A stretch of DNA of 17,840 nucleotides, taken from the NCBI GenBank assembly GCA_964014485.1, contig CAXHAT010000162.1, positions 1 through 17,840 of the forward strand, in the 5' to 3' direction. The notes below the pieces were generated by a model. It ran no database searches and had not been told where the DNA came from. It was given only the letters and a program-made list of their open reading frames with translations. The stretch comes from an uncultured Deferribacteres bacterium (GTDB lineage Bacteria; Zhuqueibacterota; Zhuqueibacteria; Zhuqueibacterales; Geothermadaptataceae). The position numbers and the translations under genes are program-made. Positions 1 through 8,999 of the stretch are shown piece after piece; positions within the stretch are counted from its first letter, which is position 1; each line of letters opens with the position of its first letter.

Positions 1-46
1 TACACCAAGAAGCTCGTCGGCAGCGTCAGATGTGTATAAGAGACAG
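1..46 (+). other. Illumina Nextera i5 adapter remnant (sequencing artefact)
   Basis: TACAC (3' end of P5) + 8-nt index CAAGAAGC (6-13) + TCGTCGGCAGCGTCAGATGTGTATAAGAGACAG (14-46), the exact Nextera Read 1/Tn5 mosaic-end sequence, at the contig end. Confidence 0.98.
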
Positions 47-345
47 GTTAGCAAGCCCGGTTTCAACATCCTCCGTCAAGGCGCGTGTTTCTAAGACGAG
101 GCGTTTTTCCTGCGTTTGTTTGAGAAATGCGGGATTCGTGCGCGCCCATTCCCAATTTTCAAAAACGTTGGGAATCACCGCAATGATCATGATGCTTACA
201 AAAATTTGGATGATGACGGCGGTCTTGGTCACGCGTCGTCAGATAAAGCCGAGCCAGATTGCCGCGCCGAAAATTCCCGGCGCCGTAATCGCATATTTGA
301 ACAATTCCAGCAAATTGGAAATCGCCGGCGCCATGAAAACGCCGA
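47..345 (-). pseudogene. Fragment of a membrane transporter resembling a sodium:solute symporter, with an in-frame nonsense codon; truncated by contig end
   Basis: Reads GVFMAPAISNLLELFKYAITAPGIFGAAIWLGFI*RRVTKTAVIIQIFVSIMIIAVIP...; TGA at 239-241 lies where the W of the SSS-type LG-x-x-W-R-R motif is expected, and the frame continues as a hydrophobic helix. Confidence 0.65.
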
Positions 346-556
346 CGAAATAATCGATCATGCCGTTGGCGTCGGGGTGGTTAGGAGCAAAACGGTAGAG
401 TTCGCCGTCGGTCGGCAAATCGATCCCGCAGCGCCGCTGGGTTTGGATGACGACCGTGACGGCGTCCAAAAGCGCCTGCTCGTTCGGCGTGTTCGCCAGC
501 CAATCGATGGGCGTATAGGAGCCGACTGTGGTGGTGAGAATGGGAAGATCATTCAT
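346..556 (-). pseudogene. N-terminal ~70 codons of a cobalamin-independent methionine synthase II (MetE-like) protein, fused in frame to the transporter fragment
   Basis: TTTVGSY...DWL...QALLDAVTVVIQTQRRCGIDLPTDGELYR...NGMIDYFV matches the MetE-type barrel start (TTxVGSxP...GIDxxTDGE); the Zn-binding His/Cys region is absent. Confidence 0.8.
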
Positions 557-654
557 AGAATTTTGAAAGTTTCTCTGTACGCCATTCGAGCGCTTTTCTC
601 TGCAACTCGCACGCTGTGAATTGCCGTCGGTATTTTTTCAACCCGCCAATCCAA

Positions 655-1590
655 TCAAGCTTTGGCTTCTTCTTCCGGGTGCTTTTGGGGGATAGCTTGC
701 GTTCTTGATAATTCATTTTTTCGAATCGGCCTCATCCGATAATGCAAATTAAGAAAATTCACGCCAAATATTTGCAGACGATGATCCGCGCGACAGCCCT
801 CGTCTTCTGATTGGTAGACATGGATGCTCTCTTTCATGGTTTTGACGTATCGCGCCCAGACGAACCCGTCCGGTTCATCCACAACAAAGTAAAATCCCGA
901 TTCTCCAAAACCTCCTCCGTCTGAAATGAGCGAAACGGAACCGTCGCCATGCAATTTCGGGCGCATAATCACCAGCGCTCTGCCGTTCGGAAGCGGAAAA
1001 ACAACCTTTAAACAAGGATCGTCAGCGTTTGGCAGTTGACACGTTCCGTAGCTGCCGGCGTAGAGAATGTTGTGATTAGAGCGAAGCCTTCTGATCCATG
1101 CAATATACCGCACTGTCTCTTCGTCATTGTCATCCGAGAGTCGCCAAACTTCATTTGTCATCCCCTGACTTGTCTCAAGATTTGAAAGCGGGACATTGAG
1201 TTGTTGCAATCTTCTGCTAAAAACAAAGGCAAGCAGACTGCCGAACGGTTTAAAAAGGCCGTGCCACTCAGACCATGCATCAAGCTCATAATCGACAGTT
1301 TTTTGGTAAAAATCCTTGACTCCTTCCTGGATTTGTGATGCGTTAAATACCTCGCCGCTCAATGCATGAATGTCAGGCAAAATACCAGATGCTTGATGGT
1401 TTTTACGGATGGCAAGACCTTCATTTTTTGCGAGCATTTCAAAACATTCTTTGCCGACCCCTCGCGTAGAGCCTGACGGACCGTCTAACCAAACAAAGTC
1501 CTGTAGTCGTACTTTTTTGCCCGTTGCCTTCACCCAAAGTTGTGTCGCCCAATCCAAGATATAGCCGCGTTTTTCTCCTAGCCAGATCAT
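655..1590 (-). CDS. Hypothetical protein (311 aa)
   Basis: Long ORF, GAGGA RBS just upstream of ATG, globular composition; no family recognised with confidence. Confidence 0.8.
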   Translation of the reverse strand: MIWLGEKRGYILDWATQLWVKATGKKVRLQDFVWLDGPSGSTRGVGKECFEMLAKNEGLAIRKNHQASGILPDIHALSGEVFNASQIQEGVKDFYQKTVDYELDAWSEWHGLFKPFGSLLAFVFSRRLQQLNVPLSNLETSQGMTNEVWRLSDDNDEETVRYIAWIRRLRSNHNILYAGSYGTCQLPNADDPCLKVVFPLPNGRALVIMRPKLHGDGSVSLISDGGGFGESGFYFVVDEPDGFVWARYVKTMKESIHVYQSEDEGCRADHRLQIFGVNFLNLHYRMRPIRKNELSRTQAIPQKHPEEEAKA

Positions 1591-1623
1591 ATTCCTCGCT
1601 CAAACTTTTTATCCCCCAAAAAT

Positions 1624-1990
1624 CTACGCCGCTTGAAAATCCCGCGAATGCAATTCCTGCGAGCGCGCCAATTCGGTTTCGCTGTATCTTTGCGCGTTAG
1701 AAGCTTGAATGTATTCTAAAATCTCAGCTCGATTGCGTGCGCCGGAGAGCACGAGCGAAACGTTCGGTTTGTCCAAAATCCAGCGCATTGCTGCCTTCGG
1801 CCAGGTGTCGATTTCGCCGCGCAGCAAAAAGTCCATTTTTTCCAAATATTCGACACGCTCAATGATTTCTTCACGTGGATAGCGTGCGTTGAGATGGTTC
1901 TTTTCAAAAACCGTGTCGCGGGTGATTTTGCCGGAAAGAAAGCCGTTCGCCAACAATTCTTGCGCGCCCACGCCGATCTTTTGCTCACCC
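1624..1990 (-). pseudogene. C-terminal fragment of an aldo/keto reductase (5' part missing)
   Basis: IGVGAQELLANGFLSGK...AAMRWILDKPNVSLVLSGARNRAEILE matches the AKR C-terminal half (PLxxGxLxGK; ALxWxLxxPxVxxVIxGA); the catalytic N-terminal half is absent and upstream sequence belongs to another ORF. Confidence 0.8.
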
Positions 1991-2437
1991 AAGTCGCAAT
2001 TTTTCGCTATCAGCATCGGCGTTCAGAAACGGGCCGTCGAAGAGCTTGCCGGTTTCGAGTGAGTAGGTTTTGCCGTTGATTATCCGTGCGTCCGGAAACG
2101 AAAACTCCATTTCTACGCCATCCAGATTTTTGTAGGCCGCGCTGATCTTGCCCTGCTCCAAAACCGCCGAGGCTTTGCCCTTTTTGAGCGCGGCGCAAAA
2201 CTTTTCGAAACTGCCGATCTCCGCTTTGTTGCGCACTTCGACGACGTAGCCGTTTTGCGATTCATGGTTGCGGAAGCGGTAGTTGCTCAGCTTTTCAAAC
2301 TGCGCAATCAACCACGTCCTGCGCTGCTCGAAAGCTTGATGATAGGCAGAGTCATTCACGTTCTGTGCGGCAATCGAAGTCACGAAGCCAACCTGGAACA
2401 GCAGGCCTGCAAATCTTCGAAGAAAAACGTCGATCAT
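1985..2437 (-). pseudogene. Secreted hypothetical protein, probably an internally deleted/truncated relic (150 aa)
   Basis: Probable start ATG 2437 with a Sec-like signal (MIDVFLRRFAGLLFQVGFVTSIAAQ); ends at the junction with the AKR fragment. The ORF-track extension to 2899 is antisense to a real gene. Relic status is inference. Confidence 0.45.
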
Positions 2438-2732
2438 AGTTTTTCCAAACTCAACCCATGTTTTTCTTTTATCCAAAGAAAAAGGAGTGCAAGGCTTGCT
2501 TTGCGATTTTGGTGATGACTTTTGGCAAAGCAACCTTTGACTCCTTGAAATATCAACAATATGTCGTTTGCCGCTACTGAAAAACAAGCCCTTTTTGCCG
2601 TCGGTTATTACGGCTCCAATGAAAAGCGTTCCGTCGTTCTTGGTTTGTGGAAAAAAATCGTTAAAATGGCATCGGCTATTGGTTTTTCCGACAGCCAACA
2701 GCTTTCTCCCAATTAAGTGCAGATTTTTCGAA

Positions 2733-3362
2733 ATGTTTAACAAAGGCGACTTATCAGCAGGGCGCATTGCGATTGAGGTGTTTTCCATTATTTTTGCGGT
2801 ATCCATCGGTTTTGCGATTACCGAGTGGCGTGAAGAGCGCGCGCAGCAGGAGCGAGCGGAGGCGGCGTTGAAAAGCATTGCCAAAGAAATCAGCCGCAAT
2901 CATCTGGAGTTGAGCCGCCGATTGCTTTACTACGAAACCATCGCCAACACCATGGACAGCCTGGCCAATATCCACGGCGACGTTGCGTTTGACGCCTCCG
3001 ACGTTCCGGGCTGGCAAGGCTTGTCCCCGCCGCTGCCGCGCTCCGCTTCTTTCGATATTTCCGCCGCGACCGGCGCGCTCTCGTACGTTGAATTCCGCAA
3101 AGTGGACGGCATTGCGCGCGCTTATGAAATGCAAGACGTTTTGCAGCGCACAGTTTCGAACGCGATGGAAAGTTTTCTTGCTGGAGATATGAAAACCTAT
3201 CGCCCCTGGCAACGAACCTTTATCCTGTTTCTTGAGCTTGGCAGGTTGACGAGTCAAGCCTATTCGACGGCTGGTCAATTCTCGTTGAACGAGTATGGTT
3301 ACGCGCACCCGGATAGCGTGAAAAATATGAATCAAAATTCAAATTCGTCGGACTCGGAATGA
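2733..3362 (+). CDS. Hypothetical protein with N-terminal TM helix and coiled coil (209 aa)
   Basis: From ATG 2733: IEVFSIIFAVSIGFAITEWREER...ALKSIAKEISRN, the common 'E-x-x-x-I-x-x-G-V-x-x-A...W' membrane-anchored helical pattern; ORF-track start 2568 is probably too long. Confidence 0.8.
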   Translation: MFNKGDLSAGRIAIEVFSIIFAVSIGFAITEWREERAQQERAEAALKSIAKEISRNHLELSRRLLYYETIANTMDSLANIHGDVAFDASDVPGWQGLSPPLPRSASFDISAATGALSYVEFRKVDGIARAYEMQDVLQRTVSNAMESFLAGDMKTYRPWQRTFILFLELGRLTSQAYSTAGQFSLNEYGYAHPDSVKNMNQNSNSSDSE

Positions 3363-3387
3363 GCCAGTGCTTACGTGAGAATAAGCT

Positions 3388-3446
3388 CAGGCGGGAATCT
3401 ATTGACTTTGCATTGAAAACTGGATTCTTGCCTGCTTGGGAATGAC
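3388..3446. repeat. Degenerate, left-truncated GTCATTCCCGC-type REP inverted repeat
   Basis: CAGGCGGGAATCTA ... CTGGATTCTTGCCTGCTTGGGAATGAC resembles the intact element at 8619-8689. Confidence 0.65.
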
Positions 3447-3502
3447 CTGAAAACAGTTGTTTTGTTTTCGCGCCTAACTTCGTGAGACGAACCTGATAAA
3501 AT

Positions 3503-4555
3503 ATGTACCGCTTACCCGCCGGCGTTTTTAACACGACCTACCGACAAGACCAGTCGCTTGTTCGCACGCGATGGCTGAAGATTTCCATGAGCGTCTTTTT
3601 TGTCGTTTTGTTCAGCTTTCCGTTTTGGGGCGGCGGCTATGCACTCTCGCTGGCGAATCTGATCGGCATTTCCATTATCGGCGCGATTGGCTTGAACATT
3701 CTCACCGGATTCGCCGGGCAAATTTCTTTGGGACACGGCGCGTTTATCGGCGTCGGCGCTTACGCTTCGGCGATTTTCGTCATGCAGTTTGGCGTACCGT
3801 TTTTGCTGGCGCTGCCTTTGGCGGGATTGACCGCCGCACTCGTGGGCGTGTTTTTCGGCGTGCCTTCCTTGCGTGTGAAGGGGCTGTACCTTGCCATCGC
3901 CACGCTGGCGGCGCAGGTGATTTTGAATCATGTGATGATCCACTGGTCGAGCGTGACGAAGGGCACGTCAGGCTACCTGATCGATTCGCCGGTGCTGTTT
4001 GGCTTTGTGATTAACGATGACCGCGAATATTTTTTTCTCATCATGACGTTCGTCATTCTGGCGGCGCTTTTCGCGCGCAACCTGCAAAGATCGCGCGTCG
4101 GCAGGGCGTTCGCGGCATTGCGCGACAATGATCTGGCGGCGGAATTGATCGGCGTGAATTTGTTCAAATACAAACTGACGGCGTTTTTTATCAGCGCATT
4201 TTATGCCGGAGTGGCGGGCGCGCTTTGGGCGCATTACGTGACCGTGATTACGCCGGAGCATTTCACAATTTCCGAGTCGATCAATTATGTCGCGATGATT
4301 ATTATCGGCGGCCTGGGCAGCGTGCTCGGCTCGATTTTCGGCGCCGTTTTCATGGTCTTGTTGCCGGAAGGATTGCGTCTATTCTCTGACTCTGTCGTCG
4401 GCGTTTTCCCGAACGCGGGTGACGTGCTCGCTGCGATGAAAGACGTCGTTTTTGGGCTTGTCGTCGTGCTGTTTTTAATTTATGAACCGCGCGGGCTCTA
4501 TCATCGCTGGCAGATGATCAAGGCGTACTGGAAATTGTGGCCGTTTTCGTATTAA
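3503..4555 (+). CDS. livM: Branched-chain amino acid (HAAT) ABC transporter permease, LivM-like
   Basis: GLNILTGFAGQISLGHGAFIGVGAY, LRVKGLYLAIATLA, SRVGRAFAALRDNDLAAE, IIGGLGSVLGSIFGA motifs; multiple TM helices. Confidence 0.95.
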   Translation: MYRLPAGVFNTTYRQDQSLVRTRWLKISMSVFFVVLFSFPFWGGGYALSLANLIGISIIGAIGLNILTGFAGQISLGHGAFIGVGAYASAIFVMQFGVPFLLALPLAGLTAALVGVFFGVPSLRVKGLYLAIATLAAQVILNHVMIHWSSVTKGTSGYLIDSPVLFGFVINDDREYFFLIMTFVILAALFARNLQRSRVGRAFAALRDNDLAAELIGVNLFKYKLTAFFISAFYAGVAGALWAHYVTVITPEHFTISESINYVAMIIIGGLGSVLGSIFGAVFMVLLPEGLRLFSDSVVGVFPNAGDVLAAMKDVVFGLVVVLFLIYEPRGLYHRWQMIKAYWKLWPFSY

Positions 4556-4659
4556 GCCTGGGTTTGACAGAAAAATCCTTGGCAGAAATAATATTTTTAT
4601 CGGAGAATGAGATGTCTGGAAGAGGCGCAATCGGGATGAATTTTCAAAACGCTTTAGAG

Positions 4660-5886
4660 ATGAGTTTAAAGATTGCTGTCATGTTTTTGTCCGCCGCAAT
4701 CTTGAGTTCTTGCAGCGACGCCCAGAATGACGGGGCGGTCAAAGAAATCAAAATTGGCGCGCTTTACGATGCGACCGGGCCGACAAGCGACACCGGCTGG
4801 CACTACGTTGACGGCTTGCGTGACTATTTTCGCCATTTGAATGAAGAAATGGGTGGAGTGGCAGACGGCGTTAAAATCAATTTCATGGGCACGGATTATC
4901 AGTACAAAATTCCTCTGGCGCTGACAGCCTACTCCAAATTTGTCAAGCAAGATAACGTCTCCGCGATAATTGGCTGGGGGACGGGCGATTCCGAAGCGTT
5001 GAAAGGCAAGATCGTGCAAGACCAAATTCCCTACCTGTCCGTGTCCTTGTCACAGCATTTGGTCTGGCCGCCGAAATGGAATTTTATTCCTGTGACGACA
5101 TACGCCGACCATGTACGCACCGTGATGAAATATTTTAAAGACAATTGGACGGAGAATCGAGATCCGCGCATGGCACTCATCTACAATGATTCCAGCTACG
5201 GACGTGCGCCGGTGGAAGCCGCCGAAAAATATGCTCCCGTCATCGGCATTGATCTCGTCGGCAAGGAAATCGTGGGTCTGCAGGATTTGGAAGCGACTTC
5301 CCAACTTTTACGTATTAAGGAAGCGCGGGCGGATTTTGTTTTTATTCAGGAGACGTTCACCGCGACGGCGACGGTGCTGAAAGACGCGAAGAAATTGGAT
5401 ATGGGCAACGTCACTTTTTTCGGCAATATTTACGGCACGGGTCAAAAAGTGGTGGAATTGGCTGGCGAAGCGGCTGAAGGCTATTTTGGCGTGATGGCGT
5501 TTCCGCTTTGGGACGAAGAAGGCGAGGGCGTGGCTTTCGCGCGTGAACTCAACGCAAAATACCACCCGGACGTTAACTATCGCGAACCGCAGTACATCAC
5601 CGGCGTCGTCAACGCGATGATTATGCAGCGGGCGATTGAAATTGCGCTTGAAGCGAACGGCGGCGATCCGCAAAAAGTTTCTGGGCCGGAAATTCGCAAA
5701 GGCATGCAAAACATTAGCGATTTTGACCCGATGGGCTTGACGACGCGGATTAATTACAGCGCCAATGACCATCGTGGCGCCAAGGGCGTGAAGCTCGTTA
5801 CCATTAAAAATGGAAAGCTTGCGCCGCACACCGATTGGCTGGAAACGCCGGAAGTGCCCGAAGCGGAGATTAGGGGAGAACAGTGA
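4660..5886 (+). CDS. ABC transporter substrate-binding lipoprotein, LivK/LivJ-like
   Basis: Lipobox ILSSC 18 aa after ATG 4660 (alternative start 4636); IKIGALYDATGPTS, N-x-x-GG, DSSYGR; follows livM. Confidence 0.92.
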   Translation: MSLKIAVMFLSAAILSSCSDAQNDGAVKEIKIGALYDATGPTSDTGWHYVDGLRDYFRHLNEEMGGVADGVKINFMGTDYQYKIPLALTAYSKFVKQDNVSAIIGWGTGDSEALKGKIVQDQIPYLSVSLSQHLVWPPKWNFIPVTTYADHVRTVMKYFKDNWTENRDPRMALIYNDSSYGRAPVEAAEKYAPVIGIDLVGKEIVGLQDLEATSQLLRIKEARADFVFIQETFTATATVLKDAKKLDMGNVTFFGNIYGTGQKVVELAGEAAEGYFGVMAFPLWDEEGEGVAFARELNAKYHPDVNYREPQYITGVVNAMIMQRAIEIALEANGGDPQKVSGPEIRKGMQNISDFDPMGLTTRINYSANDHRGAKGVKLVTIKNGKLAPHTDWLETPEVPEAEIRGEQ

Positions 5887-5919
5887 GCCTCTTGTTTGAA
5901 CCGGCGTTTTTTAGAAGCT

Positions 5920-5977
5920 TGGATTGATGGATTGATGGAGCAAATATCCGTTAATCCGCGACTCCAGTATTCCACCA
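5920..5977. repeat. Short octamer tandem repeat (TGGATTGA)n with a loosely complementary ACTCCAGTATTCCA tract
   Basis: TGGATTGATGGATTGATGGA at 5920-5939 and ACTCCAGTATTCCACCA at 5961-5977 in an intergenic region. Confidence 0.4.
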
Positions 5978-6031
5978 TATCTATTTCATGGATAGATCAC
6001 GGCAATATTAATTTTACCTGCCAAGAGATAT

Positions 6032-8320
6032 ATGAACCTGCCCCAAGTTCTTGACCAGCTCAAAGATGATCCCAAATTTATGCGCAATGTGACGTGCTGG
6101 AAGTACGCTCCGGCGCAAGAAGCGCAGTTCTCGCCGTTTCCGGAATCCATGCCGGAGAAGCTCGTCGGCGCGCTGCAGGAAAAAGGGATTCACAAACTTT
6201 ATTCTCACCAGGCCGAGGCGGTCGATCACGTTCTCAATGGCAAAAACGTCGTCGTGGTGACGCCGACGGCTTCCGGCAAAACGCTGTGCTACAACATACC
6301 GATTCTCAGCGCCATTCTCGACGATCCCGAATCGCGCGCGCTATATCTTTTTCCGACGAAAGCGTTGTCGCAGGATCAAATGCACGAGATTCACGAAATC
6401 GTGACGGCGATGGAAGCGGAGATCAAAGTCTACACGTTTGACGGCGACACGCCGCAGACGGCGCGCAAGGCGATTCGTTCCGCCGGACACATCGTAGTCA
6501 CCAATCCCGACATGCTGCACCAGGGCATTCTTCCGCACCATACCTTGTGGATCAAGCTGTTTGAAAATCTGAAGTATATCGTCATCGACGAGATCCACCA
6601 TTACCGGGGCGTCTTCGGCAGCCACCTGGCCAATGTCTTGCGGCGCTTAAAGCGGATTTGCAAATTCTACGGCAGCGATCCGCAATTCATCTGTTGCAGC
6701 GCCACTATCGCCAATCCCAGCGAGCTTGCGGAAAAAATCATTGAAGCGCCGGTGGAATTGGTGGACCAAAACGGCGCCCCGCGCGGCGAAAAGCATTTCA
6801 TTTTTTACAATCCCCCGGTCGTCAATCGCGAGTTGGGGATTCGCGCCAGCTCGGTGAAAGAAAGCCAAAAGATCGCCCGCCATTTCTTGACGCAAGGCGT
6901 GCAAACCATCGTTTTCGCCCGCTCGCGCAATCGAGTGGAACTGTTGACGCGCTACTTGAAGGAAGCGGTGCGCGGCATACCCAAACTGCGCGGGAAGATC
7001 AAAGGCTATCGCGGCGGCTACCTGCCGAACGAACGCCGTGCAACGGAAAAAGGCCTGCGCGACGGTTCCATTCTCGGCGTGGTCAGTACGAACGCGTTGG
7101 AATTGGGCATTGACATCGGCGAGCTCAATGTGAGCGTGATGAGCGGCTATCCGGGCACGATTGCCAGCACGTGGCAGCAAGCCGGGCGCGCCGGACGCAA
7201 GACGGAAACGTCGATTGCGATTCTGGTGGCGACTTCTTCGGCGCTGGATCAATATGTCATCGATCAGCCCGATTTTTTCTTTGAGCGCACACCGGAATCG
7301 GCCATTGTCGATCCGAACAACTTGCTGATTATGATGGGGCACATCAAGTGCGCCGCGTTCGAACTGCCTTTTACCGACGGCGAAAAATTCGGGCACGGAG
7401 AGTACGCCATCGACGCGACTCAGGATATTCTGGAGTATTTGGAAGACAAGCGCGTTTTGCATCATTCGGGTGGAAAATGGCACTGGATGACGGAAACCTA
7501 TCCCGCCGAAGCGGTGTCGCTGCGCAGCGCCAGCCCGGAAAATGTGGTCATTATCGATACGACACACGAAGAGCGCGTGATCGGCGAAATCGATTATATC
7601 TCGGCGCCGCTTTTCGTGCACAAAGACGCGATTTACATGCACGGCACGGAGACCTACCACGTCGACGTCTTTGACCGGGAACGCAAAAAGGCGTTTGTGC
7701 GCGCGGTGGATACGGATCATTACACTGACGCGCAACTCAAATCCACGCTCAAGGTGTTGGAGGTTGCGAAGCAGGAAAAAGTTCACGTCGGGGGCGTCGC
7801 GTACGGCGAAGTCAGCGTGACCTCATTGCCGACGATGTACAAAAAGATTAAATTCCGGACGCACGAAAACGTCGGCTGGGCGCCGATTGAGTTGCCGGAG
7901 ATTGAATTGCAGACGGCGGCTTTCTGGCGGGAGTTTGACGCCGACGTTGGTGAAAAATTGAAGCTGACGCACGACGAGCTTGGCGACGCTCTCAAAGCTG
8001 TGGCAAATGTTGTTGGGCACGTAGCGCCGGTTTTTATCATGGCCGATCCGGCGGACGTCATTCCGCTGCCGATGGTGCGCAGCCCGTTTTCCGACTTGCC
8101 GACGATTTACGTTTACGAGCGCTATCCCGGCGGGGTCGGTTTTTCCCAAAAAATTTTCCAGCATCACAAAGAGATTTTTGCGGAGGCTTTGAAAGTGGTG
8201 AAAAGCTGCGGCTGTGAATCGGGGTGCCCGTCCTGCGCCGGGCCGGCGCTGGAAATTGGGGACAAGGGGAAACAATCGGCCGTCGCGTTGTTGCAATTGG
8301 CGCTGCAAATCACGGAGTAA
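6032..8320 (+). CDS. DEAD/DEAH-box helicase with C-terminal DUF1998 Zn-binding domain (MrfA/YprA/Hrq1/SftH family)
   Basis: Q motif LYSHQ, Walker A TPTASGKT, PTKALSQDQ, DEIH, SAT, TNALELGIDIG, QQAGRAGR, terminal CGCESGCPSC. Confidence 0.95.
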   Translation: MNLPQVLDQLKDDPKFMRNVTCWKYAPAQEAQFSPFPESMPEKLVGALQEKGIHKLYSHQAEAVDHVLNGKNVVVVTPTASGKTLCYNIPILSAILDDPESRALYLFPTKALSQDQMHEIHEIVTAMEAEIKVYTFDGDTPQTARKAIRSAGHIVVTNPDMLHQGILPHHTLWIKLFENLKYIVIDEIHHYRGVFGSHLANVLRRLKRICKFYGSDPQFICCSATIANPSELAEKIIEAPVELVDQNGAPRGEKHFIFYNPPVVNRELGIRASSVKESQKIARHFLTQGVQTIVFARSRNRVELLTRYLKEAVRGIPKLRGKIKGYRGGYLPNERRATEKGLRDGSILGVVSTNALELGIDIGELNVSVMSGYPGTIASTWQQAGRAGRKTETSIAILVATSSALDQYVIDQPDFFFERTPESAIVDPNNLLIMMGHIKCAAFELPFTDGEKFGHGEYAIDATQDILEYLEDKRVLHHSGGKWHWMTETYPAEAVSLRSASPENVVIIDTTHEERVIGEIDYISAPLFVHKDAIYMHGTETYHVDVFDRERKKAFVRAVDTDHYTDAQLKSTLKVLEVAKQEKVHVGGVAYGEVSVTSLPTMYKKIKFRTHENVGWAPIELPEIELQTAAFWREFDADVGEKLKLTHDELGDALKAVANVVGHVAPVFIMADPADVIPLPMVRSPFSDLPTIYVYERYPGGVGFSQKIFQHHKEIFAEALKVVKSCGCESGCPSCAGPALEIGDKGKQSAVALLQLALQITE

Positions 8321-8364
8321 AACACTTCAGCGTCTTGCATTAAGGCGCCCGCACGGAGCGAAAC

Positions 8365-8430
8365 ATGTCCGCAACCAGAAGAAAATTTCTCAGGACGTCA
8401 ACCGCGACAATCGCAGCAGTTCCAGCATGA
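8365..8430 (+). pseudogene. Orphan twin-arginine (Tat) signal peptide relic, 21 aa
   Basis: GGAG RBS at 8355-8358, then MSATRRKFLRTSTATIAAVPA*; TRRKFL fits the S/T-R-R-x-F-L consensus but no passenger protein follows. Confidence 0.6.
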
Positions 8431-8509
8431 CCGGTAAATTCAATTGCAATCGCAAACGCATTTTTGTATCCTTACAAGTTCAAACTGGCGTCTACGCGAG
8501 AGTTTTTAT

Positions 8510-8749
8510 TAACTGATGCTACGCGCTTGATAATAACGCATGCCGTAAGTTGGTTTCTGGCTGAGTCGAGTAGTGCAATTGAAAATAGAGTCTTTTGATC
8601 TCCAAAACGTTTTTCAAGGTCATTCCTGCGGAGGCAGGAATCCAGTGGCCGTGCACCATTTTCTGGATTCCTGCCTCCGCAGGAATGACGCATAGAGCAA
8701 AATTTTTAGTCAAATGCCATGTCATTGGCCAGCTGCGTAACATCAGTTA
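8510..8749. mobile_element. MITE-like element A1 (240 bp) with 15-bp terminal inverted repeats including flanking TA
   Basis: Left TAACTGATGCTACGC (8510-8524), right GCGTAACATCAGTTA (8735-8749), 14/15 complementary; no credible ORF; contains a REP hairpin. Confidence 0.7.
8619..8689. repeat. REP-type perfect 27-bp inverted repeat (GTCATTCC...GGAATGAC family)
   Basis: GTCATTCCTGCGGAGGCAGGAATCCAG (8619-8645) and its exact reverse complement (8663-8689), 17-nt spacer; each arm is itself palindromic. Confidence 0.92.
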
Positions 8750-8777
8750 TTAAAATAAAGTCTGTCAGGAGAGATGC

Positions 8778-8999
8778 ATGACGACGACAATCCAAAAAAT
8801 CGACGGTCAGATCGGAGTCATTTTATCCCAAGATATTTTAGAGGAATTAGGCGTCCGCGAAGGAGATCAAGTCATCTTGACCAAATCTGAAAAGGGCGTT
8901 GTCATTAAAAAAAACGACGACTCATTCGCAAACTGGGCGGACGCCTATCGGCAGTGCAAAATTCAATATGACAATACACTGCAAGAACTCGCAAAATGA
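8778..8999 (+). CDS. AbrB/MazE/SpoVT-family antitoxin (Doc-associated)
   Basis: AGGAG RBS; TTIQKIDGQIGVILSQDILEELGVREGDQV AbrB-like fold; C-terminal Y..TLQELAK; ATGA overlap with a doc relic. Confidence 0.88.
   Translation: MTTTIQKIDGQIGVILSQDILEELGVREGDQVILTKSEKGVVIKKNDDSFANWADAYRQCKIQYDNTLQELAK

Noticed and set aside
239..241. TGA recoded as Trp (alternative genetic code)
   Set aside because: Intact genes end in TGA (e.g. 655, 3362, 5886, 13388) and use TGG for Trp; relE is broken by TAA. Ordinary nonsense mutation or error is simpler.
2561..2716. 51-aa ORF MSFAATEKQALFAVGYYG... on + strand
   Set aside because: No clear RBS or recognisable family; could be another relic but cannot be supported.
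6647..7786. 379-aa antisense ORF and similar shadow ORFs (2754-3335, 5308-5829, 7823-8308, 9952-10428)
   Set aside because: They lie antisense to well-supported genes or pseudogenes and lack motifs; expected codon-bias shadows.
6032..8320. DISARM/Druantia-type defence helicase
   Set aside because: The compact helicase+DUF1998 architecture fits the MrfA/YprA repair family, and no methylase, PLD or other defence partners are adjacent.
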